A model generated the notes under the pieces. The model ran no database searches, was not told the origin of the DNA, and saw only the letters and a program-made list of their open reading frames with translations. This document shows positions 62,201-64,000 of a DNA stretch of 64,000 nt, one piece after another. Source of the stretch: Malacoraja senta (lineage: Eukaryota); contig CM075996.1 of assembly GCA_038087875.1 (NCBI GenBank), positions 4,838,001 to 4,902,000 on the forward strand. The letters are read 5' to 3'. The position numbers and the translations under genes are program-made. Within the stretch, counting starts at the first letter, position 1. Each line of letters begins with the position of its first letter.

Positions 62201-63357
62201 ATAAAAATGGCCTTTATTAAAATCTGACAATGTGCACTTTAACCACATGTGGTTTTTTCTATTATAAATCTCAAATTGTGGAGTAGAGGCAAATAAATAA
62301 ATGATGGTTCTTTGTCCCAAACATTATGGAGGGCACTATATGAATTATTTTTTAGGCCTCAAGTCAGGTTATTTTGCCCAGATCCATTCTGTGTACCACA
62401 CCATATAAATTAAGCATGTTCGGAGAGTCTGCACGTTTAGTAGGATTAAGATTAGTCGTATTTAGCACAACAGTACCCGGAATAAGAGACTTCATGTGGC
62501 ATAAAAAGAGATGCTGAGATTTTCCATGACAGAAATGCTCAAATCAATCAGGTTTTGGTGGACAGGTAGTTTTGCAAATTTAAGTCATGAGAAAAACTTT
62601 GTGTTGGGGGAAATTCAATGAGCTATGAAGAGATAGAATGCACTGCCTGCAGGATGATGAAAGCACCTTCAAAGATTCAACAATATCACAACTGATTGAA
62701 CAGTTTTTCTGTGCTTTTTGATTCAATGATAACCATGGATTATCCTGAAAACAAGAAAATCCCAGCTTCCTTCTGCAAGCAATGCATGGATTTGGAGGAA
62801 CGTTCTTAGATAACCACAAACCACAGATTATACAGGAATGCAAGTTAATGTGCAACTATATGAACTGTCATAGTTTAGTCCCATGATAGTAGCACATACA
62901 GCCTTTGATGGCACAAAACTCACTGCTGGAACACCCAGTGTATGGTTCAAGTTGGGATACAAATTTCACACTGGTCTTTCACCTTTCTCTTTAAAAACAA
63001 AATAGTAAAAAGCCATCTGTCCACACCAGGCCCCTTTAAAATGCTGCATAAAAGACCAACAAAAATTCTTACCTGCACCAGGTATCTCTCAAGAACATGA
63101 GGCACCATCTAGTATCATAACACTTACATATCCTTTAGCCCATTCAATGATATGAATCCTCATGGGAAAAGTTTTTTTTGTTTAATTACAAAGAACAGCC
63201 TTTTCCTCCCACATTCCAAAACCTGAACAAATTCTCCTGGAAATTGGTCAGGAGATCCCTTTTTCAGATTCACTAAATGCTGACTAAAATATCAGGTACC
63301 TTTGGTGCCTCCGGGAATTTCGGGTGTTCTGCTGGAGGAGGTACAGTTGCTCCCATA
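47149..63357 (-). CDS. ST13: Hsc70-interacting protein (Hip/ST13), coding exons 2-12; exon 1 lies beyond the window end
   Basis: Eleven minus-strand exons with GT-AG sites encode the acidic region, three TPR repeats ([63 protein letters not shown]), the charged coil, GGMP repeats and the DP/STI1 domain ([37 protein letters not shown]). There is an apparent 1-bp frameshift in exon 11. Confidence 0.96.
47856..48033. mobile_element. PIF/Harbinger-type MITE
   Basis: TAA|agggcctgtcccactt ... aagtgggacaggccct|TAA. Confidence 0.85.
48296..48428 (-). CDS. ST13: ST13 exon 11 (GGMP repeats, DP start), one base short
   Basis: cttttag acceptor, gtaatg donor; [26 protein letters not shown](fs)[18 protein letters not shown]. 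Confidence 0.9.
49314..49362 (-). CDS. ST13: ST13 exon 10
   Basis: tgtttcag acceptor, gtttgt donor; [16 protein letters not shown]. Confidence 0.87.
50738..50854 (-). CDS. ST13: ST13 exon 9 (charged coil)
   Basis: cttttag acceptor, gtaagt donor; [39 protein letters not shown]. Confidence 0.95.
52849..52951 (-). CDS. ST13: ST13 exon 8 (TPR)
   Basis: caaatag acceptor, gtaagt donor; [34 protein letters not shown]. Confidence 0.95.
54401..54511 (-). CDS. ST13: ST13 exon 7 (TPR)
   Basis: tttcgcag acceptor, gtgagg donor; [37 protein letters not shown]. Confidence 0.95.
56088..56172 (-). CDS. ST13: ST13 exon 6 (TPR)
   Basis: atacag acceptor, gtaaag donor; [29 protein letters not shown]. Confidence 0.95.
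57131..57197 (-). CDS. ST13: ST13 exon 5
   Basis: gttttag acceptor, gtacgt donor; [22 protein letters not shown]. Confidence 0.93.
58118..58188 (-). CDS. ST13: ST13 exon 4
   Basis: cttcacag acceptor, gtgagc donor; [24 protein letters not shown]. Confidence 0.93.
58949..59470 (+). mobile_element. Internally deleted copy of the same Tc1 element
   Basis: TA|cagtgcccgccataatgtttgggacaaa ... gagggcactg|TA; retains the transposase C-terminus (SPDLNPIEH) and the right inverted repeat. Confidence 0.9.
59541..59616 (-). CDS. ST13: ST13 exon 3
   Basis: ttttgcag acceptor, gtgagt donor; [25 protein letters not shown]. Confidence 0.85.
60699..62338 (+). mobile_element. Tc1-family DNA transposon with long IR-DR termini; transposase inactivated
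   Basis: About 230-bp inverted repeats (cagtaccctccataatgtttg.. / ..caaacattatggagggcacta, followed by TA). Transposase remnants [16 protein letters not shown] and [20 protein letters not shown] give DD34E spacing with E>V, plus stops and frameshifts. Confidence 0.93.
63300..63357 (-). CDS. ST13: ST13 exon 2
   Basis: ctttacag acceptor, gtacct donor; [19 protein letters not shown]. Confidence 0.85.
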
Positions 63358-64000
63358 CTGTAAAGAAGATGCAAAAAAAAGAGATTTTAAAAAACATCGA
63401 AAATTAACAGATCAGGCGTGGCTGCATTGATAACTGTGTTGGTCTCAAAATCCTTTCTTAATCTATGTAATCCAAGGCCTCAAGAGAATACAAATACAAA
63501 TTTATGATGGAAATACAAGGAACTGCAGATGCTGGTTTACAAAAAAAGACAGTGCTGGAGTAACACAGGGTCTCGACCCAAGACCTCACGTATCCCTGTT
63601 CTCCCGAGATGCTGCCTGACCTGCTGAGTTACTCCAGCACTTTGGGTCTTTTTTTTTAACCTTTTTATGATGCCCATTTCTCATCTCTTCCTCACAGGTT
63701 CACAGATAAATGCATTTTAAAAGAAATGAATACTGTAGCAAAGTTAAATGGAATTAGTTCAGTTTAGGTCCACCACTGATTTTCTGGCAACTAGTGGTAT
63801 GGCACCTCCATTAATCCAGACAAAATTACAAAAGTGTGCTTGAAATCTCCCCCAAAATGTAGCACCTTGGCCGAGTGAGACAGGCGATCTTCACCTCATC
63901 GGGACTTCCACACCGATCAATGGGTCGAATGTTTCAACTGCGGCTGGGGCTCTGGAACTTTGGCCCAGCCGGCAGATCCGTTCCCATAGCTGGCAGATCC

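Noticed and set aside
47149..63357. ST13 as a processed pseudogene
   Set aside because: It has a full intron-exon structure with canonical sites, and the only lesion is a single homopolymer base.

Overview
Repeat-rich vertebrate genomic DNA, most likely from a cartilaginous fish such as a skate or ray (inferred from HE1/V-SINE-, CR1- and Penelope-type repeats), with one 200-N assembly gap at 20415-20614. Three spliced genes can be reconstructed by hand from splice sites, phase continuity and similarity to remembered human proteins. (1) Seven internal exons of an ANKFN1/wide-awake-like gene (+, 18-16642); its 5' part lies outside the window and its 3' part is not found before the gap. (2) A divergent 7-exon TFAP4 (AP-4)-like bHLH-zipper gene (+, 21531-39922, about 358 aa). 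(3) ST13/Hip coding exons 2-12 (-, 47149-63357), convergent with the TFAP4-like gene. An AP-4-like and an ANKFN1-like gene beside ST13 suggests retained whole-genome-duplication paralogues (ohnologues) rather than orthologues of the human genes. Introns contain CR1, L2, Rex1/Babar, L1/Tx1 and Penelope fragments (the last carrying minimal hammerhead-ribozyme-like cores), tRNA-derived SINEs, PIF/Harbinger-type MITEs, a decayed IR-DR Tc1 element with a deleted derivative, and simple repeats. Two apparent 1-bp lesions (TFAP4-like exon 1 donor, ST13 exon 11) look like consensus errors. No database search was run: all identifications rest on recalled sequences and on motifs visible in the window.
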